DNA of 64,000 bases from Malacoraja senta (GCA_038087875.1 JAXLNO010000202.1:124001-188000); one strand, 5' to 3'. Shown: positions 13,090 through 26,720, numbered from the stretch's first letter. The notes: generated by a model not told the origin, from the sequence alone. Made by a program: numbers and translations.

Positions 13090-14619
13090 CTGAACAAAGG
13101 ATGCAAGGAGCAGGCGTCAGAGAGATGGAAGTTGTACAAAACTTGCACACGCATGTGGAAACCAATCCTCTTTGCTACCCACCTCTCCCCACTCTGCACA
13201 TGCTTCCCTTTCATTTACACATCCAATGCCCTTTTGTAACTTACTGCTGAATCTATTTTTTACCATCTTTCAGTTTAGTTTAGTTTAGAGATACAGCACG
13301 GAAACAGACCTTTCGGCCCATCCAGTCCATGCCGACCTTCAATCACCTGTTGACACTAGTTCTATGTTATCCCACTTTCTCATCCACTCCCTACACACTA
13401 GGGACAATTTACAGAGGGCCAATTAACCTACAAACCCGCATGTCTTTGGGATGTGTGAGGAAACTTGAGGAAATTCATGTGGACACATGGAGACGTGCAA
13501 ACTCCACACAGACAGCACCCGAGGTCAGGATTGAACCTGGCTATGTAGAGCTGAGAGACAGCAGTTCTATGTGCCACCCATATAGCACAACCCACAACAT
13601 GATATTCTACAAATGTGTGGTCATGGCTGAAGCCTAGTGATGTTGCTTCTCAGCATTACGCAAACTGGCCTCCCAAGGCTATTCCCCATCATCTTTTCTG
13701 CAGTTCCATAGAACAGCACAGCACAAGAACAGGCCATTCGGCCGACAATGTCTGTGCCAAACACAGTCAAGACCAACTCTTATCTTCCTGCATGTGATCC
13801 ATATCCTTCCATTCCCTGTATATCCATGTGCCTTTCCAAAAACCTCTTAAACACCACTATCGTATCTGCCTCCACCACCACCCCTGGCAGCGCGTTCCAG
13901 GCCCCCACCACCCTCCGTGTAAAAAACTTACCCCGCACATCTGCTTCAAACTTTGCCCCTTCTCACCTTAAAGCAAAGCCCACCAAGTTGCACCTGACAA
14001 ATATTCACAATTAGCTATGGGCACATTAATTCATTTTCATAAAACCATTCATCTACCATTTCATTCTAGGCAGCTGTGAATAGAAGAATATTTTCACTTA
14101 CTAACTTAAGCAAGATAATGGTTTTGTCAGTGGGATGCTTTAAAATTCATAAGTTCATGTTATACGAGCAGAATTAGGCCATTCGGCTCATCAAGTCTAC
14201 TCCGTCATTTAATCATGGCTGATCTATCTATCCCCATTCTCCTGCCTTCTCCCCATAACCCCTGACACCCATACTAATCAAGAATCTATCTATCCCTGTC
14301 TGAAATATATCCATTGACTTGGCCTCCACAGCCTTCTCTGGCAAAGAATTCCACAGGTTCTCCACCCTCTGACAAAAGAAATTCCTCCTCATCTCTTTCC
14401 TAAACGTATATGGTTTTATTCTGAGGATGTGACCTCAGGTCCCAGACTCTCCCACTAGTGGGGACTTCTTCTCCACATCCACTCTTTCCAGGCCTTTCAC
14501 TATTCCAGTTACTCAATTAGCTGACAACAAGTCCACCGCTGCCCTCCAGGGGCTATTTACTGCATTTAATGGATCCAATGGTTAAAATGGAACCCTGTTG
14601 AATCAACAAGAAATGGCGG

Positions 14620-14862
14620 GCACGGTGGTGCCGCGGTAGAGTTGCTGCCTCACAGCGTCAAAGACCCGGTTCGACCCTGACTACGGATGCTGTCTGTACG
14701 GAGTTTGTACATTCTCCCCCTGACCTGCGTGGATTTTTTCTGAGATTTTTGGTTTCCTCCCACACTCCACAGGTTTGTAGGTTAATTGACTTGGTATAAA
14801 TGTATAGATGTAAAATTGTCCTTAGTGTGTAGGATAGTGTTAATGTGAGGGGATTACTGGTC
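14620..14862 (+). mobile_element. tRNA-derived SINE (V-SINE/HE1-like); mirror copy about 18410-18655, others near 13300-13570, 36310-36615 and 37690-37940
   Basis: A-box/B-box-like head (GGTGG..CGGTAGAG...GGTTCGACCC) followed by TGTCTGTACGGAGTTTGTACATTCTCCCC core. Confidence 0.7.
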
Positions 14863-16009
14863 GATGCACAACATCTCACCAAAAGGGTTGTGGGCGAGAT
14901 ACTAAACTAGTACTTTGCATCTGTTTTCACCAAGGAGAAGGACATGGTGGACAGTGAGATTAGTGTGGAGAATGAAGATGGAGGAGGCACTGGGGATCTT
15001 GAAGAGCCTGAAGGGGGATAAATCCCCAGGACCTGATGGGATCTGTCCCAGGTTATTGAGGAAGACAGGGAGGAGATTGTGGGAACCTAGAGAACCTACA
15101 GAAGATCTTTGCATCTTCTGTAACCACAGACAATGTCCCAGAGGACTGGAGAGTAGCTAATGTTTCTTTGTTTAAGAAGGGAAGTAGAGAGAATGCAGGG
15201 ACTGCAGACCAGCGAGCCTCACGTCAGAGGTAGGGAAACGATTGGTGAGGATTGTTTGGGGTGGGATTTACTCCCATTTGGACGAGAATAGGTTAATTAG
15301 AGAACCACACTAGGCAGCATGGTTTTGTCTGCAGCTGGTCATATCTTAATAACTTGAAGAGGTGATGGATGAGGGTAGGGTGGTGGATGTTGTCTACATG
15401 GAGTTTAATAAGATCGCCATGATGAAGCTCTGTAGGACTTTGGTCATGCCACATTTGGAGTATTGCGTGCAATTCTGGTCGCCCCATTACAGGAAGGATA
15501 TGGAGGCTTTGGTGAGGGGGCAGAGAGATTTACCAGAATGATGCCTGGATTAGAGGGCATTAGCTACAGGGAGAGGTTGGACAGATTTGAATTGTTTTCT
15601 GAGAGTTGCTGGAGGTTGAGGGGGGACCTGACAGAAGCAGATACATTACAAAGAGGATGAAATGATAGATAGGGTTGGCAGTCAGATCTTAGAGGGCAGA
15701 TATTGTAGAGGGCATAGCTTGAAGGTGAGAGGCAGCATTCCAAGGACAGGGAGTCATAGAGTCTGACAGCTCGGGAACTGGCCATTCTGACCAAACCTGC
15801 CCATGCCGTCGCACCTACTTGTGTTTGACCCATATCCATCAGAACCTTTCCTAACCATGTTCAGGCCAGGTATTTCACACAGAGGGTGATGAGTGCGTGG
15901 AACACACTGCTGAGGGTGGTGGTGGAGGCAGATAGGATAGTGGAGTATAAGACTCCTTCCAGTAGGTAATTGGATATGCAGGGACGGGTGAGAGATGGAT
16001 TATCTGCAG

Positions 16010-17275
16010 GCATAGTTAAAACAAATGTAGGTCCCTTGCAGTCAGAAACAGGTGAATTGATCATGGGGAACAAGGACATGGCAGAACAATTGAATAACTA
16101 CTTTGGTTCTGTCTTCACTAAGGAAGACTTAATTAATCTGCCGGAAATAGCAGGGGACCGGGGGTAAAATGAGATGGAGGAACTGAGTGAAATCCAGGTT
16201 AGCCGGGAAGTGGTGTTAGATAAATTGAATGGATTAAAAGCCGATAAATCCCCAGGGCCAGATAGGCTGCATCCCAGAGTACTTAAGGAAGTAGCCCCAG
16301 AAATAGTGGATGCATTAGTGATAATTTTTTTAAACTCTTTAGATTCTGGAGTAGTTCCTGAGGATTGGAGGGTAGCTAATGTAACCCCACTTTTTAAAAA
16401 GGGAGGGGGAGAAAAAACGGGGAATTACAGACCAGTTAGTCTAACATCGGTAGTGGGGAAACTGCTAGAGTCAGTTATTAAAGATGGGATAGCAGCACAT
16501 TTGGAAAATGGAGAAATCATTGGACAAAGTAAGCATGGATTTATGAAAGGTAAATCATGTCTGACGAATCTTATAGAATTTTTAGAGGATGTAACTAGCA
16601 GAGTGGATAAGGGAGAACCAGTGGATATGTTATATCTGGACTTTCAGAAGGCTTTCGACAAGGTCCCACATAAAAGATTTATATACAAACTTAAAGCACA
16701 CGGTATTGGGGGTTCAGTATTGATGTGGATAGAGAACTGGCTAGCACACAGGAAGGAAAGAATAGAAGTATACGGGTCCTTTTCACAATGGCAGGCAGTG
16801 ACTAGTGGGGTACCGCAAGGCTCAGCGCTGGGACCCCAGCTATTTACAATATATATTAATGATTTGGACGAGGGAATTGAATGCAACATCTCCAAGTTTG
16901 CGGATGACACAAAGCTGGGGGGCAGTGTTAGCTGTGAGGAGGGTGCTAGGAGGCTGCAAGATGACTTGGATAGGCTGGGTGAGTGGGCAAATGCATGGCA
17001 GATGCAGTATAATGTGGATAAATGTGAGGTTATCCACTTTGGTGGCAAAAACAGGAAAGTAGACTATTACCTGAATGGTGGCCGATTAGGAAAAGGGGAG
17101 ATGCAACGAGACCTGGGTGTCATGGTACACCAGTCATTGAAAGTGGGCATGCAGGTGCAGCAGGCAGTGAAGAAAGCGAATAGTATGTTAGCACTCATAG
17201 CAAAAGGATTTGAGTATAGGAGCAGGGAGGTCCTACTGCAGTTGTACAGGGTCTTGGTGAGACCACACCTGGAGT
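16010..17275 (+). mobile_element. CR1 ORF2 (RT) fragment running into the gap
   Basis: NYRPVSLTS, GVPQGS and FADD motifs. Confidence 0.9.
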
Positions 17276-17475
17276 NNNNNNNNNNNNNNNNNNNNNNNNN
17301 NNNNNNNNNNNNNNNNNNNNNNNNNNNNNNNNNNNNNNNNNNNNNNNNNNNNNNNNNNNNNNNNNNNNNNNNNNNNNNNNNNNNNNNNNNNNNNNNNNNN
17401 NNNNNNNNNNNNNNNNNNNNNNNNNNNNNNNNNNNNNNNNNNNNNNNNNNNNNNNNNNNNNNNNNNNNNNNNNNN
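17276..17475. other. Assembly gap (200 N)
   Basis: Run of N. Confidence 1.
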
Positions 17476-20260
17476 AAAACCATGCTGCCTAGTGTGGTTC
17501 TCTAATTAACCTATTCTCGTCCAAATGGGAGTAAATCCCACCCCAAAGAATCCTCACCAATCGTTTCCCTACCTCTGACGTGAGGCTCGCTGGTCTGCAG
17601 TCCCTGCATTCTCTCTACTTCCCTTCTTAAACAAAGAAACATTAGCTACTCTCCAGTGCTCTGGGACCTGGGGATTTATCCACCTTCAGGCTCTTCAAGA
17701 TCCCCAGTGCCTACTCCATCTTCATCTCAAACTGCCCTTGCATATTAGTGTTCTCCACAGTGATCTCACTGTCCACCATGTCCTTCTCCTTGGTGAAAAC
17801 AGATGCAAAGTACTAGTTTAGTATCTCGCCCACAACCCTTATGGTGAGATTGTGTGCATCAATGTCCTCCTGCGCTTGAAATGTGTAGCAAGGAACTGCA
17901 GATGCTGGTTTAAACCGAAGATAGATACAAAAAGCTGGAGTAACTCAATAGGTCAGACAACATCTCTGGAGAAAAGGAATAGGTGACATTTCTGGTCTGA
18001 AGAAGGATCTCGACCCCAAACATCACCTATCCCTTTTCTCCAGAGATGCTGTCTGACCAATTGAGTTACTCCAGCTTTTTGTGTGTATCCTCCTGTACTC
18101 GGTAGTTTAGTTTAGTTTAGTTTAGTTTAGAGATGCAGTGTGGAAACATGTCCTTATGCCCATCGAGAATGTGCCAACCAGCGATCAGTTGTGTTGAAGA
18201 AACTCTGCCTCTAACCCACCCTGGGATGAACATGCCCCACCTGCAGAGTTGGGTCATGAAGGTTCATAGATAGTTTTGACCATTTTGCCAATTACTAATA
18301 TATACTTAGGTTAAAACACAGCTTTTATATTTCCTAACATTACCTCAAATGTTTAGTTTAGTTTAGTGTTACAGCGCGGAAACAGGCCCTTCGGCCGCCC
18401 AAGTCCACACCAACCAGTAATCCCCTCACATTAACACTATCCTACACACTAGGGACAATTTTACATCTATACATTTATACCATGTCAATTAACCTACAAA
18501 CCTGTGGAGTGTGGGAGGAAACCGAAAATCTCAGACAAAATCCACGCAGGTCAGGGGGAGAATGTACAAACTCCGTACAGACAGCATCCGTAGTCAGGAT
18601 CGAACCGGGTCTTTGACGCTGTGAGGCAGCAACTCTACCGCTGCACCACCGTGCCCGCCATTTCTTGTTGATTCAACAGGGTTCCATTTTAACCATTGGA
18701 TCCATTAAATGCAGTAAATAGCCCCTGGAGGGCAGCGGTGGACGTTGTTGTCAGCTAATTGAGTAACTGGAATAGTGAAAGGCCTGGAAAGAGTGGATGT
18801 GGAGAAGAAGTCCCCACTAGTGGGAGAGTCTGGGACCTGAGGTCACATCCTCAGAATAAAACCATATACGTTTAGGAAGGAGATGAGGAGGAATTTCTTT
18901 TGTCAGAGGGTGGAGAACCTGTGGAATTCTTTGCCACAGAAGGCTGTGGAGGCCAAGTCAATGGATATATTTCAGACAGGGATAGATAGATTCTTAGGTA
19001 CACAAAAATGCTGGAGAAACTCAGCGGGTGCAGCAGCATCTATGGAGCGAAGGAAATAGGTAACGTTTCGGGCCGAAACCCTTCTTCATAGATAGATTCT
19101 TGATTAGTATGGGTGTCAGGGGTTATGGGGAGAAGGCAGGAGAATGGGGTTGAGAGGGATAGATAGATCAGCCATGATTAAATGACGGAGTAGACTTGAT
19201 GGGCCGAATGGCCTAATTCTGCTTGTATAACATGAACTTATGAATTTTAAAGCATCCCATTGACAAAACAATTATCTTGCTTAAGTTAGTAGACAGTGAA
19301 AATATTCTTCTATTCACAGCTGCCTAGAATGAAATGGTTTTATGAAAATGAATTAATGTGCCCATAGCTAATTGTGAATATTTGTCAGGTGCAACTTGGT
19401 GGGCTTTGCTTTAAGGTGAGAGGGGCAAAGTTTGAAGCAGATGTGCGGGGTAAGTGTTTTACACGGAGGGTGGTGGGGGCCTGGAACGCGCTGCCAGGGG
19501 TGGTGGTGGAGGCAGATACGATAGTGGTGTTTAAGAGGTTTTTGGAAAGGCACATGGATATACAGGGAATGGAGGGATATGGATCACATGCAGGAAGATA
19601 AGAGTTGGTCTTGACTGTGTTTGGCACAGACATTGTGGACCAAATGGCCTGTTCTTGTGCTGTGCTGTTCTATGGAACTGCAGAAAAGATGGATGGGGAA
19701 TAGCCTTGGAAGGCCAGATTAGCGTAATGCTGAGAAGCAACATCACTAGGCTTCAGCCATGACCAACACATTTGTAGATTATCATGTTGTGGGTTGTGCT
19801 ATATGGGTGGCACATAGAACTGCTCTCTCAGCTCTACATAGCCAGGTTCGATCCTGACCTCGGGTGCTGTCTGTGTGGAGTTTGCACGTTCTCCATGTGT
19901 CCACATGAATTTCCTCAAGTTTCCTCACACATCCCAAAGACATGCGGGTTTGTAGGTTAATTGGCCCTCTGTAAATTGGGATAACATAGAACTAGTGTCA
20001 ACAGGTGATTGAAGGTTGGCATGGACTGGATGGGCCGAAGGGTCTGTTTCCGTGCTGTATCTCTAAACTGAACTAAACTGAAAGATGGTAAAAATAGATT
20101 CAGCAGTAAGTTACAAAAGGGCATTGGATGTGTAAATGAAAGGGAAGCGTGTGCAGAGTGGGGAGAGGTGTGTAGCAAAGAGGATTGGTTTCCACATGCG
20201 TGTGCAAGTTTTGTACAACTTCCATCTCTCTGACGCCTGCTCCTTGCATCCTTTGTTCAG

Positions 20261-20335
20261 TTTTTCTGAATGGTTCTGCGGCACCAGATTCCACCGTTGC
20301 GACCAGCACGGACGTCCCAACACAACCCACCTCAG
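20261..20335 (+). CDS. Serine protease copy A, Ser/Thr/Pro-rich stalk exon 1 (FLNGSAAPDSTVATSTDVPTQPTS)
   Basis: ctttgttcAG acceptor, GTaag donor, 75 bp, phase 1-1, open frame; identical in the inverted paralog. Confidence 0.7.
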
Positions 20336-20710
20336 GTAAGATTCATCTTCTGCCCATAGGACTTCAGCTTCGAAACGTCAAAAGAACTTACTTGTCGAGC
20401 CGAAATCAGCAATATAAAATGAATGATACAGGTGTGTAATTCCTGCTCTTAAAGCAAGATGGGCTTTCAGGTGAAGGCAACTTTGAGGAACTATTCTGAC
20501 ACGGAAAAGATGTCAGCCAGTTTGTACACAGCATCTTCCCACAACTGCAACAAGATATTAATCATTGATTTTTTGGTGAGGTTTGGTTGAGAGGTAATTA
20601 GCAGGACAGGGGATTGGAAGAATTGTCTTCCTTTTCTTCGAAACAGTCCAATAAAAGCACATTGATAAAAGCATCTTTAACACATTGATCTTGTCACATT
20701 ATCTTTCCAG

Positions 20711-20788
20711 ATTCTACACTACGAACCACTGGTGTCACACCAGACAAGACTGTTGCCAACATTATCAGCTCCACTGGAACCACAATAG
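20711..20788 (+). CDS. Serine protease copy A, Ser/Thr-rich stalk exon 2 (DSTLRTTGVTPDKTVANIISSTGTTI)
   Basis: atctttccAG acceptor, GTgag donor, 78 bp, phase 1-1; splices in frame to the activation exon. Confidence 0.75.
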   Translation: MLHYEPLVSHQTRLLPTLSAPLEPQ

Positions 20789-22139
20789 GTGAGACTTACA
20801 GTGTTGTGTTCAGGTATGGTCAACCTGTTATAGGAAAGATGTTGTCAAGCAGGAAAGGGAACAGAGGAGATTTACGAGGATGTGGCCAGGACTCGAGAGC
20901 CTGAGCTACAGGGAGAGGTTGGGCAGGCTAGGACTCTATTCCTTGCAGTGGTTAAGGAGTGATTTTATAGAGGTGTATAAGATCATGAGTGGATTAGACA
21001 GAGTAACTGCACAGAGTCTTTTATCCAGAGTAGGGGAATCTAGAACCAAAGGACTTAGGTTTAAGGTGAGGGGGGGTGGGGGGGGTGGAAGATTTAATAG
21101 GAACCATAGGGGCAACTGTTTTACACAAAGACTGGTGGGTGAATGTAATGAGCTGCCTGAGGAGGTAGTTGAGGCATTTAAAAAACATTTGGACAGGTAC
21201 ATGGACAGGACAGGCTAGGACTGGTTTAGATGGATATGGACCCAACACAAGCCGGTGGGACAGGTGTAGATGGGGCAAGTTGGTCGGCATGGACACGTTG
21301 GGCTGAAGGGCCTGTTTTCACATTGACGACTCTGTGCCTCTGTGACTTTCAATGTTCATAACTTTTTGTCGTTTTGAAGCTCTCAGTCTGTTCTAAATTT
21401 GATTATTTATTCAGATTTTGTGACATATGTGTGAATATTTAAAAGTAAGGAAAGAAAAATGCAATGGCTGGTGTGATGTTTGATCTGGAGTAACCGTGGT
21501 GGATAGTAAAGAGTTCTCATCACCCTGATGTTTCTAACGCACGACCTGTAATATTGACTCATATGGTTTTGGGTCCAATGAGGGTTGAGCAGATTGAATA
21601 CATTGCTGTGGAGACCACAACAAGTTACTCATGAAACATGTGGTCCTGAGTGGTCATTTGTCATTTCACCATGGTCATTGATTCACCTGGGGCATTCAAA
21701 GACCCCACCCCACACTGTCCCCTCACCCGACCCCACACCACCCCCCCACCCCACTACGATAGTGGTGTTTTAGTGATAGATAGGCACATGGACTATGGTG
21801 ATGTAGATCATGTCCAGGCAGAGGAAATGAGTTTGTCTTGGCATCATGTTTGGCACAAACATTGTGGGCCGAATGGCCTGTTACTATGTGGTACTGCTCT
21901 AACTACTATGGTCGATGGCTCAGGCAGATACAATAACAACATGTTAAACACATTCAGACAGGTACATGGATAAGAAAGGTTTAGATGGATATGGGCCAAT
22001 GGCAGGCAAATGGGACTAGTGTAGATGGAACAGCTTGGTCGGCATGAACGAGTTGGGCCGAAGGGCCTGTATCTGTGCTGTAAGACTTTAATGCTCTTGT
22101 TTTGGAATGAATGTACTTGACCATGACTCTATTTTGCAG

Positions 22140-22302
22140 GCTGTGGCACTAAAGGTCGAACTTCCAGTAGGATTGTCGGTGGGACCAACGCAGCAAATGG
22201 CGAGTGGCCGTGGCAGGTTAGCCTGCAGATACGGAGTCACTTTTGCGGAGCCTCCATCATCTCCAACCGATGGCTCATCTCTGCCGCTCACTGCTTTGAC
22301 AA
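22140..22302 (+). CDS. Serine protease copy A, activation site and catalytic His exon ([54 protein letters not shown])
   Basis: Manual translation; [14 protein letters not shown] and AAHC motifs of peptidase S1A; ttttgcAG and GTaat sites, phase 1-2. Confidence 0.95.
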
Positions 22303-25300
22303 GTAATTTCACTCATGTCTTTGTTCAGATCTCCATTCACAGCACCAGCGCAAACCCCCAACAATGATTGTCACTTGGTGGGGGTTGCACTTTGGGCGCT
22401 AGAGATTTTCATGGAAGTTTACTCATGCAACTCCTAAAGTTCATGCTCACCAATCATAGGAGCAGGATTAGGCCATTTGAGGCTTCGTTAGAAATTGGCG
22501 ATGTTGTGGGAATTACAGAGACGTGGCTGCAAGAGAGCCAGGGCTGGGAACTGAATATTCAGGGTATACGTCTTATCGAAAAGACAGACAGTTGGGCAGA
22601 GGGGGTGGGGTACCTCTGTTGATGAGGAATGGAATTCAGTCCCTTGCGAGGGGTGACATTGAAACAGGAGATGTGGAGTCAGTATGGATAGAACTGAGGA
22701 ATTGTAAGGGTAAAAAGACCCTAATGGGACTAATCTACAGGCCCCCAAACAGTAGCCTGGATAAAGGGTGCAAGTTGAATCAAGAGTTAAAATTGGTATG
22801 TAGCAAAGATAATGCTATGGTTGTTATGGGAGATTTCACATGCAGGTAGTCTGGGAAAATCAAGGTTGGTGCTGGACCCCAAGAAAGGGAGTTTGTGGAG
22901 TGCCTCCGTGATGGATTCTTAGAGCTGCTTGTACTAGAGCCTACCAGGGAGAAGGCAATTCTGGATTCAGGAGCCATTAGGAGGTAGTGACCATAATATG
23001 GTCAAGTTTAATCTACAATTGGAGAAGGAGAAGGGTAAATCGGAGGTGTCAGTATTACAGTTGAACAAAGGGGACTATTAAGCCATGAGGGAGGAGCTGG
23101 CCTAAGTTGACTGGAAAGATACGCTAGCAGGGATGACAGTGGAACAGCAATGGCAGGTATTTCCGGGAATAATACAGAAGGTGCAGGATCAGTTAATTCC
23201 AAAGAGGAAGAAAGATTCCAAAGGGAGTAAGAGGGGACCGTGGCTGACAAGGGAAGTCAGGGACAGTATAAAAATAAAAGAGAAGAAGTATAACAAAGCA
23301 AGCCAGAGAATTGGGAAACTTTTAAAGAGCAACAGAAGATAACTAAAAAGGCAATACGGGGAGAAAAGATGAGGTATGAAGGTAAGCTAGCCAAGAATAT
23401 AAAGCAGGATAGTAAAAGCTTCTTTAGGTATGTGAAGAGGAAAAAATAAGATAAGACCAAATTTGGACCCTTAAAGACTGAAACAGGGGAATTTATTATG
23501 GGGAACAAGGAAATGGCAGATGAGTAGAACAGGTACTTTGGATCCGTCTTCACTAAGGAGAACTCAAACAATCTTCCTGATGTACTAGTGGCCAGAGGAT
23601 CTGGGGTGAAGGAGGAACTGAAGGAAATCCACATTAAGCAGGAAATGGTGTTGGGTAGAATGATGGGACTGAAGGCTGATAAATCCCCAGAGCCTGATGG
23701 TCTGCATCCCAGGTTACTTAAGGAAGTGGCTCTGGAAATTGTGGATGCATTGGTGATCTTTTTCCAATGTTCTATAGATTCAGGATCCATTCCTGTGGAT
23801 TGGAGGGTAGCTAATGTTATCCCACTTTTTAAGAAAGGTGGGAGAAAGAAAACATGGAATTATAGACCAGTTAGCCTGACATCGGTGGTGGGGAAGATGC
23901 TGGAGTCAATTATAAAAGATGAAATAGTGGCACATTTGGATAGCAGTAACAGGATCGGTCCGAGTCAGCATGGATTTACGAAGGGGAAATCATGCTTGAC
24001 TAATCTTCTGGAATTTTTTGAGGATGTAACTAGGAAAATGGACAAGGGAGAGCCAGTGGATGTAGTGTACCTGGACTTTCAGAAAGCCTTTGATAAGGTC
24101 CCACATAGGAGATTAGTGGGCAAAATTAGAGCACATGGTATTGGGGGTAGAGTGCTGACATGGATAGAGAATTGGTTGGCAGAAAGGAAACAAAGAGATG
24201 GGATTAACGGGTCCCTTTCTGAATGGCAGGCAGTGACTAGTGGGGTAAATCATCAATGATTTAGATGAAGGGATTAAAAGTAACATTAGCAAATTTGCAG
24301 ATAATGCGAAGCTGGGTGGCAGTGTGAATAGACAATAGACAATAGGTGCAGGAGTAGGCCATTTGGCTCTACGAGCCAGCACCACCATTCAATGTGATCA
24401 TGGCTGATCATCCCCAATCAGTACCCCGTTTCTGCCTTCTCCCCATATCCCCTGACTCCGCTATCTTTAAGAGCCCTATCTAGCTCTCTCTTGAAAGGAT
24501 CCAGAGAACCAGCCTCCACCGCCCTCTGTGGCAGAGAATTCCACAGACTCACAACTCTCTGTGAGAAAATGTGTTTCCTCATCTCCGTTCGAAATGGCTT
24601 ACCCCTTATTCTTAAACTGTGGCCCCTGGTTCTGGACACCCCCAACATCGGGAACATGTTTCCTGCCTCTAGCGTGTCCAAGCCCTTAACAATCTTATAT
24701 GTTTCAATAAGATGCCCTCTCATCCTTCTAAACTCCAGAGTGTACAAGCCCAGCCGCTCCATTCTCTCAGCATATGACAGTCCCGCCATCCCGGGAATTA
24801 ACCTTGTAAACCTACGTTGCACTCCCTCAATAGCAAGAATGTCCTTTCTCAAATTAGGAGACCAAAACTGCACACAATACTCCAGGTGTGGTCTCACTGG
24901 GGCTCTGTACAACTGCAGAAGGACCTCTTTGCTCCTATACTCGGCTCCTCTTGTTATAAAGGCCAACATGCCATTTTATAGACTGATGAACAAGGACCCC
25001 CAGATCCCGTTGTATTTCCCTTTCCCAACGACGCCATTTAGATAGTAATCTGCGTTCCTGTATTTGATGTTTTGAACTGTGAGGAGGATGCTATGAGAAT
25101 GCAGGGTGACTTGGACAGGTTGGGTGAGTGGGCAGATGCATGGCAGATGCAGTTTAATGTGGATAAATGTGAGGTTATCCACTTTGGAAGCAAAAACAAG
25201 AAGGCAGAATACTATCTAAATTGTGTCAAGTTGTGAAAAGGGGAAGTACAATGGGATCTGGGGGTCCTTGTACAACAGTCAATGAAAGTAAGCATGCAGG

Positions 25301-25361
25301 TACAGCAGGCAGTGAAGAAAGCGTATGGCATGTTGGCCTTTGTACCAAGAGGAGTTGACTA

Positions 25362-26720
25362 TGTAAATCGCTCGTTCTAAGCTTCTCCCCTTTCTAGTTT
25401 CAGTCAATAAAATACTGAGTCAAGCACTTGCACATCTTAACTTTATTTTGGAAAAACACAATAACAGTTCCCCACTACTATACCTAACCAATGTGGGTTT
25501 GATCCTTGTATCTGCCTGGCCAAGCCCTCCTAGCCTCGTGCAAGCAGAGACACTCTACTGCAGTTGTACAGGGTCTTGGTGAGACCACACCTGGAGTATT
25601 GCGTACAGTTTTGCTCTCCAAATCTGAGGAAGAACATTATAGCCATAGAGGGAGTGCAGAGAAGGTTCACCAGACTGATTCCTGGGATGTCAGGACTTTC
25701 ATATGAAGAAAGACTGGATAGACTTGGCTTATACTCGCTGGAATTTAGGAGATTGAGAGGGGATCTTATAGAAACGTACAAAATTCTTATGGGGTTGGAC
25801 AGGCTAGATGCAGGAAGATTGTTCCCGATGTTGGGGAAGTCCAGGACAAGGGGTCACAGCTTAAGGATAAGGGGGAAATCCTTTAAGACCGAGATGAGAA
25901 AAAACGTTTTCACACAGAGAGTGGTGAATCTCTGGAACTCTCTGCCACAGAGGGTAGTTGAGGCCAGTTAATTGGCTATATTTAAGAGGGAGTTAGATGT
26001 GGCCCTTGTGGCTAAAGGGATCAGCGGGTATGGAGAGAAGGCAGGTACGGGATACTGAGTTGGATGATCAGCCATGATCATATTGAATGGCGGTGCAGGC
26101 TCGAAGGGCTGAATGGCCTACTCCTGCACCTATTTTCTATGTATCTATGTAAAATGTCACGCAGTCCCAAGCGTTCTTCCAGAAGATCGACACAGGACCT
26201 TGTGGGAGCTACCTTTTATAGGTCCCCGAACCTTGAGGGGCCGAACCATATAGGGGTGGTCTCTATACAGTCCAATAACAGATATCGATTAACACAGTAC
26301 ATGATAGACATTTCCCTAACCCAATAATACAGTAACCAATATATTGTATTCAAACAGAGCTTCTGGAAGGAAGCAAACTAAGCAACATTTGCCCAGATAT
26401 TCAAGAAACCCAGACAAGGCTCAACACTTAACCCAATCAACATCTAGCAAAGTAAAGCTTTGCAACAATATTCACAATGTGTATGTCTGGTTTGCATTCA
26501 CCCAATCTGTTTCATGCAATTTACACCTAATTGTAAGAAAACTGTAAATGTCCCATTCTTTCCCTGCAACTCTTATCTGGGCTCTAGACAAGCTGGCACC
26601 ATTCTGCAGCTTGTTCCATTTCTGCAGAAGGCACATTTGAATTGACCAAATGGCCTAGCTGCCCAGAAGCCTTTACTCAATTTTAGTGTCCTGGCATCTC
26701 CAATTTGGTCAGAATTAACA
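25362..26720 (-). mobile_element. ERV 3' LTR, interrupted by a CR1 3' fragment (about 25556-26150)
   Basis: Homologous to 33268-34031, TG...CA ends; preceded on the minus strand by PPT AAAAGGAAGGAA (26721-26732). Confidence 0.88.

Larger units (their letters stand above)
11688..21659. repeat. Large inverted repeat: 11688-15326 mirrors 17476-21659; further homologous blocks out to about 3735 and 35635
   Basis: Unique intronic and exonic sequence found as reverse complement; paired ORFs 12911..13165(-) and 20185..20439(+). Confidence 0.95.

Noticed and set aside
14620..14700. tRNA gene
   Set aside because: tRNA-like head of a multi-copy SINE, not a complete cloverleaf
19770..19817. Possible signal-peptide start exon (ATG TTG TGG GTT GTG CTA...)
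   Set aside because: No phase-1 donor with a good consensus, early stop codon, and it abuts a SINE head
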